A DNA stretch of 64,000 nucleotides from assembly GCA_000934665.2 (NCBI GenBank), contig JYFJ02001495.1, positions 1 through 64,000 on the forward strand, in the 5' to 3' direction. Shown in pieces: positions 24,507 to 37,900 of the stretch (position 1 is the stretch's first letter; each line of letters starts with the position of its first letter). The notes under the pieces are model-generated. The model saw only the letters and a program-made list of their open reading frames with translations, was not told the DNA's origin and made no database searches. The DNA comes from Catajapyx aquilonaris. Lineage: Eukaryota. Both the position numbers and the translations under genes were made by a program.

Positions 24507-25937
24507 CTATGGAATAATGTCAGGTTGTTCAGCTCCCTTGAACTGAGCCAGAATAATGAAGTAAGTGCATATGGTGCCCAGGAGCTGCAATCAGGAGAGA
24601 AGGCTTGTTCATGATGTCAGTATGTGATCATAATTGACTTACAGATGTGACCAGCCCATGCTTGATGGAGAAGAAATGAGAAGCAGTGATCTGGATGGGA
24701 GAAACCGACATCAGACGAAGCATATGTTTGGCCTGAGGAAAAAGTAAAGGTATAATAAGTGAGACACTTGAACGTTGAATGTATTCCACTTACATTGCTT
24801 ATGTCCTTTTGATCGTCTGAGTGAATGCAGATGTGCATCAGGTCACTCACACTGGCAGTGGCCTATGACATAAAAATTAAACCAGATTAAAAGGAAGGAG
24901 TTGCATTTGACAACTTGGACATGGAAAAAGTTGATTAATTTTTAGATTAATATAAGTGCTGCAGTTACCTCATTTGGTATTTTTCCCAGGATAACAGTGA
25001 GGGAGAAGACGATAACCATGTTCAGCATGATGTAAGTAACGCTTGATGCCAGAGCAAATAAATCAATGAATTTAAACCAAAATGCGATGTAATACAAGTG
25101 TGAAATTGTATCCAAGAAAAAAGCCGCATATCGAAATGCTAATATTCCACCGAATGTCTTGCTAGTGAACTCTGTGATGTCGTACAATTCCAGAAAATTC
25201 CTGCTGGCCATGTCCAGACCCTTCCTGGATCGAATGGGTCCCGAGTGACCAACGACCCAGGCGGGACGTGTCTTATAGGCTTGAGCTGTTGAATGACTGA
25301 TTATATTCACTTCCTTCAAGCAATTCTTGATGGCCAGTGCAAAAAATATTGCTTGCATCACTGGTATGTTCAGGATGTAGGAGCTGTGTGCAACCAATGT
25401 ATACAACAGTATGTGTTCAGGTCTAGCCGGGTGTAGGGTAATGCTGATGTATGCGGATGTCCATGTTAATGTTGTCGAACTAACAAGGCAGACCATGCTA
25501 AACGCCATCAGGTACGAGCACCTCCGCAGTTTGGTCGATGCATCAGATAGATCCATTTGCAGTGAACTGATTCGGTTTAGAAGCAGGTGTATGTCCCTGT
25601 CCTTTCTCTGAATAATCCCAAAAATGATCACAGGCAATGCTAATTCTGCTGAAGAAAGTATTACAACCTGGCAAACCGATGTAGGCGTAGCCGTTTTCAA
25701 AATATGCCACGCTTCTGGAGGTGTAATGAAGCAGTATGAGTAACAGACAACAAGTGCAATGCAGTTGACAAGAGCTGGCCACCGTCGACAACACCGTTTG
25801 GTGGTGTGTCGGATGAAAGTGATGGGCAGCATCCCTCCGACCACTGACATCAAGGCAACTGGATAAAACGCCAATTTCAGACAATCCTTATCTCGTGAAT
25901 TCACTTTACGAGGAGTGCTGACCATGACTTCTTCCAT
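24507..25937 (-). CDS. Gustatory receptor GR-10; exons 24969-25937, 24794-24862, 24643-24732, 24507-24584
   Basis: Intact ORF of the GR-1/4/6 type, conserved introns, TYFIILAQF. Confidence 0.9.
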
Positions 25938-26048
25938 GACTAACGGTTTCAGCCACACGATCCAATTTGATTTTGATTTCACCTTGCATAATGCTGCTCA
26001 TGTATAATGTAGGAATAAGTGCCAATAAGTGCTTCTTACACCTGCCTG

Positions 26049-26168
26049 TGAAGTATTGAACCATTCGAAGCAGATAATAGAGAAAATTTTCTCTATTACG
26101 TGCTTCGAATGGTTCAATACTTCAATGACTGACACAACCACTACTTAAGTAGTGGTTGTGTCAGTCAT
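26049..26168. repeat. Two abutting palindromes: 26049-26124 (near-perfect) and 26125-26168 (perfect, 44 bp)
   Basis: TGAAGTATTGAACCATTCGAAGCA-ga-TAATAGAGAAAA|TTTTCTCTATTA-cg-TGCTTCGAATGGTTCAATACTTCA, then ATGACTGACACAACCACTACTT|AAGTAGTGGTTGTGTCAGTCAT. Confidence 0.95.
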
Positions 26169-26364
26169 CCTACTGCAGCCGTGTGAAATTCCTCTGACAA
26201 TGACATATCACATGGGGAAAATTGATGGAGATTGACCTGAGTTCTGACTTCCTCTGAATTGCACCTTTTTGTCATTACATATTGTAAGCAGAGTTGGCCC
26301 AAGTGACACTGACCAATATATTAACAGGGAAAGAAGTTGAATCATTAGTCTGCATTATATATGT

Positions 26365-27887
26365 TTAGTCAAGTGTTGGGATGGTGCCATGATGGTAGCT
26401 CATTGTCGTTTGAGGATCACTTTGTTCGCCTCTCCTGAACTGTGCCAGAATAATGAAGTAGGTGCATATGGTGCCTAGAAGCTGGGGATTGAGGAAAGAT
26501 ATTGTCAGTAATTAAAATTGGAAATATAAAGTGCGTGGGACATAGTCACTCACAGATGTGACCAGCTCATGCTTGACAGCGAAGAAACGGGAAGCAGTGA
26601 CTTGGATTGGAGGACCCAACATCAGACGAAGCATCGGATCCGTCTGGAAAAAAGCAACATTCAGGTGAGTGAAATTAAGGTACAGTACATGTCAAATAAG
26701 ATCGACAGTGATCACTGCATATGCAACATGTATTGAAAATTTCCTTACATATGCCAAGTCCTTCCGATTCATGGAGAGAATGTTGAGGCGCATCAGGTCG
26801 CTTATGCTGACGGTGGCCTTCATATGAAAATAATTAGGAATTATGTGATGGGAGAGTTGGAGAAGTGGGGCAGAAAGAATTTTGTGACTTGTACTTGCAT
26901 TACACTTACCTCAGTTTGTATTTTTCCCATAATGATGGTGACAAAAAGGACGGCTGCAATGCTCACAACAGTGAAGATAGCATTGGGAATTACGTCAATT
27001 AAATCAACAGTGTGCAAAAGAAATGTCATGTAGAACAATGCAGCTATTGTGTCAAGTAGAAACTGCGCGTATTTGACAGCCAGGATGCCTCCGTACACTT
27101 TTCCAATTTGCTCTGTGATGTCGTACAGTTCAATAAAATTCCTGCAGGCCGTCTCCAAACCCTTCCTGAATCGAAAGGGTTCTGAATGACCTCTCAGGTC
27201 AGTTTTTGCTGTCTCAGAGTGAACAATATGATTGATTTTTTTGAAGCAGTCCATGACAGCCAGTGCAAAGAATACTGCCTGTATCACAGGTACATTCAGC
27301 ACGTAAGAGCTGTGTGTCAGCAATATGAAGAGTATCACATCTTCATGTGGGATCCTGTCTCTGGACAAACTAAAATAAGCCCCTGCCCAGGACAAGAGTG
27401 TCACAACAGCAAGGCAAATGACACCGATCCCAAGCATGTATGAGTACCTCCGAAGTGTTTTGTTCATTTCTGTTGTTGACTTGGACAGATCTTGTTGCAC
27501 AGAACCTATTCTTTCCAAGAGTTTTCCTATGTCCTTTTCTTTCATCTGAATTATTGCAAAAGTGAGTAGAGGGAGTCCTATTTCAGCAAAAAGTGTAATA
27601 ATTATATTGCACATGTTCGCAGCTGAAACTTCCATGAGAGCCTTCCATGATTCGGGAGGTGTGACAAAACAGCAAGCATAGCAGGTGATGATCACAGATG
27701 CGTTGAGCAGAGCAGGCCATTGTCGAAAGTACTTCGGAGGTCTGGTTGGCCTTTGGATGAAAGTGATAGGCAGCACTCCTCCAACCACAGACAACACAGC
27801 AACAGGGCGAAATGCCCATTTTAGGGATCCTTTATGATAATTAGAATTCACAAAAATCCTAGGAGTTTCAACCACCACTTGTTCCAT
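26365..27887 (-). CDS. Gustatory receptor GR-11; exons 26910-27887, 26749-26817, 26554-26643, 26365-26481
   Basis: Intact ORF, conserved introns, LLGTICTYFIILAQFRRGEQ...; paralog of GR-8. Confidence 0.9.
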
Positions 27888-29500
27888 GTCTGATCGAAGT
27901 GCCAGCTGTGATACATTTATGCGTGTTTAGCGTGCATGTCTGCCATAATATTTCATGCGTGTTTCAAAATGCCAATAACTGCTGACCACTTGTCACATTC
28001 AGTGCGTGTCTTGAGTTACCCTTGTTGGTGATGTTTTGGTCCCACCCTCTGTGTTTTATTTCATTTTGGGTTACCTGCTTTGCCTTGAGACCCTCCATGT
28101 TAAAGAGAGTTTACTGATGTTTGCATGACAAATCAGTCGCTCTCAGTCATGCTTCTTCCATATGCATCCCCCTCCCACCAATATCATTTTGGCAAATGAA
28201 TTCATATACACTCTGTATAAATATTTTACTACCAAGAGTTACATGATATTAAAAACGGACCAAATTTAAAACTGCATTTGGACTCTTATGAAAAATTGCA
28301 GCTTGTTTCACACACAACTATAGCCTGTTGGTGTCATTGAAATCATGATCATTATTAAAATGTCTGCATGAACAATCGTACAAGAAATTAAGATCCACCT
28401 CTGCACTAATTTCGCCACAATTCTAATAAGTTGCGTATAATTATTGTGGGAAATGTCATTTGGATCGTTAAAAAATCAAGAATACATATTCTTCAAAACA
28501 ACAATTTGAAGCAATTCTTCGTCACAGATTAAAAGAGTAAAATATTTGATGTCTGCCCGTCCCACTCAGGTACTGCACAACACTTTTTCTTGACCAAATG
28601 TGAGCTAGCTACATCAGTATGTACGTTTCATGTCCACATCAATGCCATTCCCATCCTGATAGCACAAGCCTCCTTTCCACAGATCTTGGAAGCCACCATC
28701 ATGCATTATTTTGGCACAGTTGAGATCTGCTTATACCCTCCCTCCGCCCCCGCCCCCTCAAAAAAAAAAAAGTTACCCTTCACCACCACACTTCTTTTGT
28801 TGCTAAGCTGACGGAGGGAATATGTCATCCACATGTACCATTCCCAGAGCCTGGCAATAAAGTGCTCTAGTCACTACTGTCATATCCCTCACTTTCTGAA
28901 AAGGAGCACAAAATTATAGCTACATGAAGCACTTCCTACCATTAACTGTCCCTCTAATTCATCTATTGGCAGTTGGAATAAATGAAAATGTTCTAACAAC
29001 GGTCTAACAATCTTTTTAAAAAATTGTCCAAACTCAGCAAGGTTCATTCCATGCTTTTTTCCGTATTCATTCTGTATGCCTGTTAAAATTTTTTGACACT
29101 TGTCATTAGAGAGTTTAAATTAATTTTCCACACAATAATGACACGAAAATGCCTCAGAAACTGCATAACCTCATGGCAGAAAAATATTCGGCTGCACCCA
29201 AACAAAGGTTTGGTTTTTAACAGTTTTTAACTTTTTTAACTTTCTTTTAAAACTTTAAACTTTTTAACATTGTTTTTACCTTGAACTTCAACATGGTGCC
29301 GCACCCATACTATGCCCATTTAAACCTACATTAGCATATGATATGTAAAGAAATAATATGGAAATGTCTATTTTGATTGTGTGAGAAGAACGAGCCCAAC
29401 AATAAATTGCCCCATAGGAAAAGTCATGGGACTAATGAATGAACTATGATCCAAATATCTCTTCAGGGCCATTTCAATAAGGCAGCAAACTTATTGGGAT

Positions 29501-32284
29501 TCATAAAACCACAGGTGAAAAAGTGCTGAAGTTACAGCTCTTACCCCAGCTTGGGCCCTTTCGGAATATCGTCAAGTCAATCTCGCCAAACATCAAAAAG
29601 TTCTTCATCATATTTGGCAGAGGCAGAGACTCTATGCAAGTCTTTACCCGTTGATCCGGACCCAACGCTTGTGAGAGATGAGTGCGGACGACGGCACGGC
29701 ATCTGCCTTGCATGGATTCGTCTGAAAGACAAAGAGCAAATCTTAATCGAAATGCCCAGCCTTTTATAACCAAAAATGCCACTTAATTTAAAGCAGAAGG
29801 TAACCACACAAGCTCTATTACAGACATATCCTCCAGTTATAATACTCACCATAAGTGTCAGGAGCCATTTCGTCATAATGACTGATTTCAGTTGCAAGAC
29901 GTATAAATTTTAGCACCTGTTGCTTCTGCATCATGAACTGACCATATATGCAGCAAACCTTCAAAATTTCAGCCATTGCGAAGTGAAACATGATATCATA
30001 TGTTGAATGCAACTGAAAGCGGTTTGAGGTGCAGTGTTCCATGATCACCACCCAGCAGTCCAAAAGTTGTGAAGCGGTGAACTTGCTCCGGCTCAGGAGG
30101 AAGGCAAGACAGCGGGGATCATTCAGGGAGGCTCCTAAAATGACGTCAGGGCAGCCAAACTGGTTGCCACTAGGAAAGCAAAGAGTAAGGCTTCAAATTA
30201 CATGCATGCCCCACCCCCCCAGACGTGCTGGGGACAAACCTACAAAGGTTTGTTTCTTTACAGCAGTACTGTACATCTTCGACAACTTGCCTGCTCACGT
30301 AATCAGGATCATGTCCATTGTCATCCAGCAGCTGGAGAACCGTGAGATGCTCTTCGTCTGATAACGAATCATCCCACGGTAGAGTTGCTTCCTTGCCATT
30401 GAAGAAGCCAATAAGTGCGGGGACTACGTCCAGAGCTCCATCATAATTTACTTGGACACCTGTGAAGATTCAAAGCTCCTTAATACCGGTACTAAATAGT
30501 AAGCAACAAAGCACAACGATAAGCTGGACTGTACCTTGCGACAGCATCAATTCCAAGAGAGTCATGATGGTCGGAGTAATTTTGTTCATGAGAAGAAGGG
30601 ACAGTGGGGATGCATATCGATAACGGGTTAGCTGGAATCCACTTTCTCCTGGGAACAAGTTGTGGAAAGATATTCTCTCCAACTGAACATCCGCATCAGA
30701 CCTTCTCACAACTGGTTGGAAGTGAAGTCCACCCAGGCTGAATCCGTGCTCATGGAGGTCAAATACAACTTCAGGGCTTCATAGAAAGAGAACAATATTT
30801 TTGTCACATTCTTTTTATACTGCAGTCTGCAGATTGTAATGTGACAAACGTTTATGGACGACGTTAACAAATTGTCCAGTCATGAGATGGCAAGTAGTCG
30901 GATTTAAGCCCAAACATCAGTTAAATCAATAATTTTCTAAACGGTAAATGTACTTACCAGTTCTGGCAGGCAAGACACAGTACATCATTTGTTGTCATTG
31001 CAGGGCCGCTGTTAATGCACCTCGTGTTGTATGCCTCGGGCGTCAGCCTTTTCACCAATTCTTTAGCAACCCTGCAAGCAATGCATCGGACTTGTAAAAT
31101 TGGTTACATAGCAGTCTGAACTGGGCTCCAAAATATCTGACCTCCTGTATCCATTCCGGATGGCATGATGCAACGGCAACCAACCTCTTCTGTCCACAGT
31201 TTCGTTGCACTCACATCCTGCCTCCAGCACCAACAATGCACATTCCTCCCCTAGCCTTTCCATCAGACTCACCAACAATGGAGTCAGAACGTTCGTTCCA
31301 GAGAGATTCACGTTTTCGTCCAGCTCGCTATTTAGCATCCACCGAATTGGGCACTTCCAGTTGCAGTTGGCTTGATTCTGCAACAGCAGTTTCACAATGG
31401 CATCTTCCCCCTGAAAAATTTCAATTAACACATGAATTGACAATTGGGGCATCTAAACACAAAGTTTACTTACATAATAACAAGCAGTATGTAACGGTGA
31501 GAGATCATTCTTATGTTTTTGGGGGTTGACATTGCAGCCTTTTTCCAGCAAGAAACTCACGACATTGACAGCACTACCTCTGATAGCTGCGCGGTTTGGA
31601 AGAAACAATGAACGTCAGACGGATAAAAGTGGCATTTCAGTTGGAATGAGATGACTGCACGGGGAGTCATTAAACTTCATCCAACAATGAAAAACATTGG
31701 CTGTTAAGATTAAGCTGAAGTAAATCATATATCCAAGATCTGAATTAAAATAAATTTCTGCTTGCAAACTGACTTTTGAATAATTTGCATCAAAAGTGAA
31801 TGATAATAATCAATTTTTGCAATTTTAAATAAAGGAAAAGGATAAGTACATGTATGTAACACCTAATATTAGCAGCTTTTTATTGAAATTTTAAATAATG
31901 GCACACAGATACCAAAGAATGACTCACCTGCAAATATGGGAGACATTCGATACTCTGAGACATAATTGACATCTGCTCCTGCTTCCACAATGAGTCGAAC
32001 AATTTCAATTTGGTTTTTTTGGCATGCCTCAATCAACCCGTCTCCCATTAACTGTGGTGCCGTGTTCACTGAAGCGTGTAAACAACAAAAGAGAAAAAAA
32101 TTAGTCAACAATTTCTGGCCGGTGTAAGCTTTCCGAATCACTAATCACACAGGTCGTAACAATTTTTTGTCCCCATCAATACATCTCGGCACTTACCACG
32201 GCTCAGAATGTTCTGAACATGTTCCCGGTGGCCATCTCTGGCAGCATACACCAAAGCCTTTCGCACCTGTTCTCGGGAGCCCAT
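29501..32284 (-). CDS. Ankyrin-repeat and SOCS-box protein (ASB-like), copy 1, multi-exon
   Basis: First exon MGSREQVRKALVYAARDGHREHVQNILSR (32197-32284). Ankyrin exons GLIEACQKNQIEIVRLIVEAGADVN, LSPLHTAC, GWLPLHHAIRNG. Last exon has a SOCS box SMQGRCRAVVRTHL...IESLPLPNMMKNFL. Confidence 0.8.
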
Positions 32285-34529
32285 TGCTGCCTTCACGCCT
32301 TACGTAGAGCCTTGGAAAAATTGATCAAGAACATTAACGTCAAGATTAATATCAAGATCACTTTGCCTGATGGATCCAAAGGAATTCTCTCCTCATCCGT
32401 TCTTATTTTCATCTCGTTCACCTTTTCGTCCTAAGCAAAGCCCAAAGACAAAATATGGCCCAGTTGCATTATTGTAGGTAACCATGCATATAAATTCAAT
32501 ATTTCCATCGTTACACTCATTCTTGACAACAATCCATAACAAGTACTCATGAATCGTCCCTCCACAATCTACCCTTAGTGTTGCAACTGGGGTTTCTTTG
32601 GACAAAAAGGCATACTGGATCAAAATTCCATTGCGTGAAACATGCTTGAATGAAAGTAGGTGGGGCAAAGTGTTGCGGAACGTCGTTTAGATAGTTACGT
32701 AACACTGCCCCACCCAATAACAGTGAGCCTCAGACAAGGCACCGTACAAACCCATTTTTACTGAAACAAAACATACAGTATAATCAGTACCATACTTACT
32801 TTTATGTGGAAAAGTTATTGCCGTGGTGTTATGACTTCCAAAAAGTAGCCCAGCTCTCAATGTTGTAGTAGCTACACGGAACAATTCTGGATGAACTAAA
32901 ACTGCAGTTATAGCACTCCCTTCTTAGAAAAATTCCAAGTGATTCTCCCCTTTCAAAACAAGTTAGCAAAGCGTTGCTAAGAAAAGAGGATTATGTAAAC
33001 ATCACAGGCGTAACAAAGGAGCTTCCAGTCAGATAGGTGGCGATGGTGCAACTGCTGGAAATACCAGGCTGAAGAGCTGCAGCAGGAAATGGCTGTGTCA
33101 GACAAACGCTGCACGGGCGCTACATGGTTGGAAACAAGGATGACACCCGACACGTCCTGCCTCAAGACAGACTGCAAGCCACGTGTGTTGATAACGAAGT
33201 GGAAAAAGGTTCTCTGAAGATAAGGCTTATTCCATGCAAGCTGAAATGCTTTCCCTGCCGAGTTTCCTCGTCCCGTAAAGTGCATCTTACAAAACCTGTC
33301 CTCTACAGCCAAACCTATTATTATGTTAGTAATCAATGCATTCACTGATTCACTAATGCAAGTTGGAACATGAGGAACAACATTACAGCATGGGAAGAAT
33401 CTCATGAAGCATAGTGCGGGAGATGAGGAGAAAATATATTTACCTCAGGCCTTAATCTGATGCAATGAACCTAAATACAGTGTATGTTTCTGTCCTGAAG
33501 CTCAACTCAGACATGACATCATTAGTGTGATAAGCCGTTACCTCCTCCAGATTGTTCTTAATGTCATCGGACACCCTCTTGGATCTCTCCTGCCAACTTG
33601 AATGGGGGCAAACTCCAAAAATGTGTACAAATGGCTATAATGTTGTGACTTGTGACTAAGGGAAGTAGAGAGCTGGGGAACATACAACACGATAATGCAC
33701 GAACATGAAAGGCATCTTTCATATTATAAAATATTTCTCACGGATTAAAAATGAAATAATATTATACTCACAGTAAGAAACATTTATCTTCACTCATTAG
33801 GAAATACATTTTCAAAGGAAGAGTGGAACTGGTTACTTTTCACGTATTACTCTAAAATAAACAGAAACTCACACATAAGATGACATATTCTCACATATTA
33901 CTTCACGCATCGTAGAAATTGTACAAATGATAATCTAGGGCATGCGCAGTGTCCGCACACCAGCAGAGTGTAAACAGTGTGAGAATTATACAGCGACTGC
34001 TTCATTCCTCCAGCAGTCCACAAAAAGGGAATATAGTCCATTTTACTCCTAACAATAATGCAAAATAGAGCGACTGACTCACTATATTTTACAATAAGAT
34101 GTCACTGTATTGCAAAGTTCTGTCCAAGTCTGACATGGACAATCCACTGCTAAATTAGTCACTTGATACAAAAAGAAAGGAGGAAAAATCCTGCACATGC
34201 AGTAACTCTGCCTTTCAGCATTGAGGTCAGAGGAGGCATTTTCAGCATAACTCGAGACACCGGATGGGTACATATTTCTAAGGAGGACCCTTGAGGGGAA
34301 TATCCTCAGTGGAATGTGTTTGGTTGGGGAGAAGACTTATCAGCCGATCCGGGAATTGTCTGCGGGTGGTCATTAACCCTCTAAGCCACCTGCATCCGGC
34401 CACATGACAAAAGATTCACGGATCCGATGACGAGGTGAAGCACTGGCGGCCTTTTGAAAAGGTTTGGTAGGTAGGTAGTTAAGTTGATTAGAGCCAAAGC
34501 AACTAAGGCTATCTGGCTGGTACTCCGAT

Positions 34530-34675
34530 GGGTTATTGATAGTGGGAGGAAATGGGAGAGCCCCAAGAAAACCCACACAAACACAAAGAGAGAAAACCCC
34601 AACCAAACTCTTTCCACATAAGCATAGTCTGCCCGACCAGGGGATAGAAGTCAGGACCTCAGAGGTGGAAGGCTG
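34530..34675 (-). mobile_element. Degenerate SINE fragment with V/Meta-core-like sequence
   Basis: Reverse strand ...GGTCCTGACTTCTATCCC (decayed B-box)...GAGTTTGGTTGGGGTTTTCTCTCTTTGTGTTTGTGTGGGTTTTCTTGGGGCTCTCCCATTTCCTCCCAC resembles the conserved V-SINE central domain as I recall it; not searched. Confidence 0.5.
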
Positions 34676-34964
34676 TGTTTCAAAAGGTTTGAAATAAGAC
34701 ATGAAGGCATTAACCTGCATTGCACGATAGAAATTCAGCACTTTCGTTGTTATGTTCAGATTAAAAAGACAAGTAAAGATCGCAATCCTCACATTTGACA
34801 AAAAAGAAATAAAAACTACCTAGCTATACATCATCAGCAAATGTAAGCATGTTCTCAGAAATGCTTCATTTCAATATATGATAACCAGTCTCACACACAA
34901 ATGAGTTTTTCACCTATCGTTGCTCACTTTACACATAAATAGTCACTTTTATCCACACTTCCAC

Positions 34965-37900
34965 TCACACTCTGCCTGAATAACCTTGCCTTGCCTGCTG
35001 CACTGCTGCTGCCGCGGCTGCAGCTGCTGCAGCTGCCTGTGCCCCCTTGGAGCTCCCTTCGTCATACGCTTTTACAGACAGGGTGTTTCTTGGCCCCGTG
35101 TGCCACACCATGTCTCCAGAATCCACCATGGAAGCCTCAATGCTCAGGACATGAAGTCCTGCGATAGGGAATGCCAGGAGAAACTGCGCAGTGAAGAAGT
35201 CATTGTGGGGTTCCACCGACTGGCTCAAAACCGTTCCATTCTCCGGGATCTGCAAGGTAAAGATATTTTCAATAATCAACATTCACCCACATCCTTTGCC
35301 TTTCTCAGTGTGAATCACGAAGAAATCAGGGTACTAAAACTAAAAAGGTGTATCAGAGACCTTAGTGTCAGTTGCATGTTGTGCCCTGCTCTGCAGCTGT
35401 GTGGTGACGGTGAGGAGAACCTTCTTGACGGATCTGAACCTGATTGGAAGTTTTCCATGCTGGATAACTCCCTCTAGCTTCACTGCCAACTGGTTAGCAG
35501 GCTGGACTGTCACTGCCTCGCCTGGAACCCTCGGCTGTGGTGTTATTGCCAACTGAAAAGATGCAAACCACCATCATCCGATAACGCATGCTTGAAATAA
35601 AACACTACCTTGATACTCGTTGTTTGCAAAGTTTGGAAGTACAGCCGAGGAAAAGTCAAAGGAGTCTCGATCAACACGGTTACAGCTTCCTGAAGGCAGC
35701 TCACAAACTGAAATCCAATTTGGTAGTGAGTAGTCGAAACGCAATTATAATTACTAGACCTGCGGTACCTTAGGAAGCAGATCAATTGGTTTCAAATCTT
35801 GGTGAGAATTGAGCTGCTTGAGAATGGCCGCTGATTTCTGGCAGGCATCGACAAGACCTTGGGTGGCTATGTTACATTTGTGAGACGTCAAGGAGAAGCC
35901 AAATCTGGCAAAAACAAAAAACAAATGTTGTTTATTGGAACGCAACTTAAAACCGTTCCGCTTTAAATAATAACAGGGCATGCTAATAAACTTTCTTTTC
36001 AGAATCAAATACAGTGAATTAAAAATTGAGCCCAAATGTACTTACTCAAAGTCACCAATCATGTCTTCATCAGTCCCAAGTCCTGACTGACTCTTCAGCA
36101 ATGAGTTCTCCATCGACTGGCCCAAATACAGACAGATCTGCTGCATGCTGTCCATTATTATTAAGTTCAACACACTTGGATTTTGCTGGAAAAACACATC
36201 AGACGAGCGGAAAAAGGATACAGTTGAATGTTGAGAAGGGTATCAGGATCAGCGTCAAATGCGGAGTGGTGCAGCTTTCCATACATGTCCGCCACAGTGT
36301 GAAGTTCTTTGATGCACCTCCGGACTTGGTATGTAATCCTTCCACACCTCTGCGGGTCTTCCAAAGAGAGGGAGGCAGCTACTGCTGGAGGCGGGGATGT
36401 TCGGATGCTGCGACACATGTGGATAATCTGAAGCATGGCCTGAAGGAGCTCCCCCCTCAAGCGGGAGTATTCATGATGGAACTGCAGGCTGGTTGCAGGG
36501 GTACTTGCAGCCTGCAATGTTAATAAAAAGGTTAATTCGACCCATGCATTTAATCTGAGTACACATCCAACCTACCTTGAGTGTGGACGTCCCCCTCATG
36601 TAAAAGTCGATAGCTTTGTTGAGCCTGGGAACAAGCCCCATGTTCCGTTCGGGTGACAATGCTGCCTCGCCCAAGCACACTTGCTTCAACGCTTCCAGCC
36701 AAAAGCTGAATGATTCCGATGCGACTTGACCAACCAGCCTCCCAAACACCTTGGCTGCCATCCTGTGGTGGCCGTAGCGAGCTGCTGCCCTCCCTATCCT
36801 GTAGACAGACCACAGATCAAGGGAATCCACTGCCTCCGACACCCTCTTCTCAACCTCCTCGTTGTTTGGATGCACAGTCTGGAACATCAGGGTTGCCAGC
36901 ATCACTGCTGTGAGCGAATCCACCTCGTTGGAGTGGTTCAAGGTGGCCAGAGGGGCACCCAAATCAGGGAGCAGGTCTACAAGAGAGCCACGCTGCATGT
37001 CCCCAATGGCTCCCAAGGCCTCGCACAGGAGGACACGGGTCTGGCCTTGAGCTTCTTTCAACATGCCACCAATGGAGTCGACAAACTGGGAGCTGACTTC
37101 AGGATTGGTGTGGCAAAGGCCGACGGCACATGACAGGCCGACTTTAGTTGCAAAGAGATGGACTGGGCTGACACTCACAGATATCGTCACGAGGGATTCA
37201 ATGGCCATTACTGCTTCAGGCACCTGGGGCTTGCTGCAGAAGAAATTTAAAGTCAGTCATGCACATGGAAATTACTCTGAAATTTCACGGAAATGCAAAA
37301 GAAACGTTATAATTTCCTGACCAGTATGCTGCAAGGCACGAGATGAGCTGCACTGCTTTGGCTGCCACGTCAATGTTCTCGCAGTAACATCGCCTCTGGC
37401 ACAAGGTTAGAACTGGAGAGTCAGGGGTGAAATCAAACTCGGAGACTGCGCTTGACTTGGCCAGGCTGTGCAGCACGGTGAGGGCTCGGATAACCAGCGT
37501 GTCATTTTCCGAGGCCAAGGCAACTTCGGCTACCTGCTCCACCTGGTTGGGTTTCCACAGGTGTGCTGCCTTGTTAGCCAGAAGGAGTAAATCCTTCAAG
37601 GTCAGCTCCTTGACTGCTTGACGAGCATCTCCAGTCATGTACTGGATCAGGAGGTGCACCTGCAGGGGGATGTCGACTAAGGTGGCTGCAGAGAGCTGTG
37701 TCAAAGTGTGTAGTGTCACCACCACAAAATCCTGGGCTGGGTATGACAGGAGCAATGACATGCACAATGAACGTACCTGCAACAAATATAGAGTCAATAA
37801 ATAACATGTATCTCACAGAGTGATTATTATCACTGCCATGAAAGTTACAACGTAACACTCACAGTGGTTGCGGTCTGTGCGTCATGATGCATGTGCTGAA

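Noticed and set aside
1051..25884. Recurrent short ORFs such as 'MSEMGVLSSRLDVSGRRDAAHHFH...' and 'GQTYASSDVGFS...' as a second repeated gene family
   Set aside because: They are alternative reading frames of the paralogous GR exons and recur only because the GR DNA is duplicated.
998..27887. Alternatively spliced GR locus with many first exons sharing common 3' exons (Gr28b/Gr39a style)
   Set aside because: Every long first exon has its own complete set of three 3' exons, so these are separate genes. Cross-splicing cannot be excluded without RNA data.
32977..33620. Possible small gene between ASB copy 1 and INTS7
   Set aside because: The ORFs are short with no recognisable homology or consistent exon chain.
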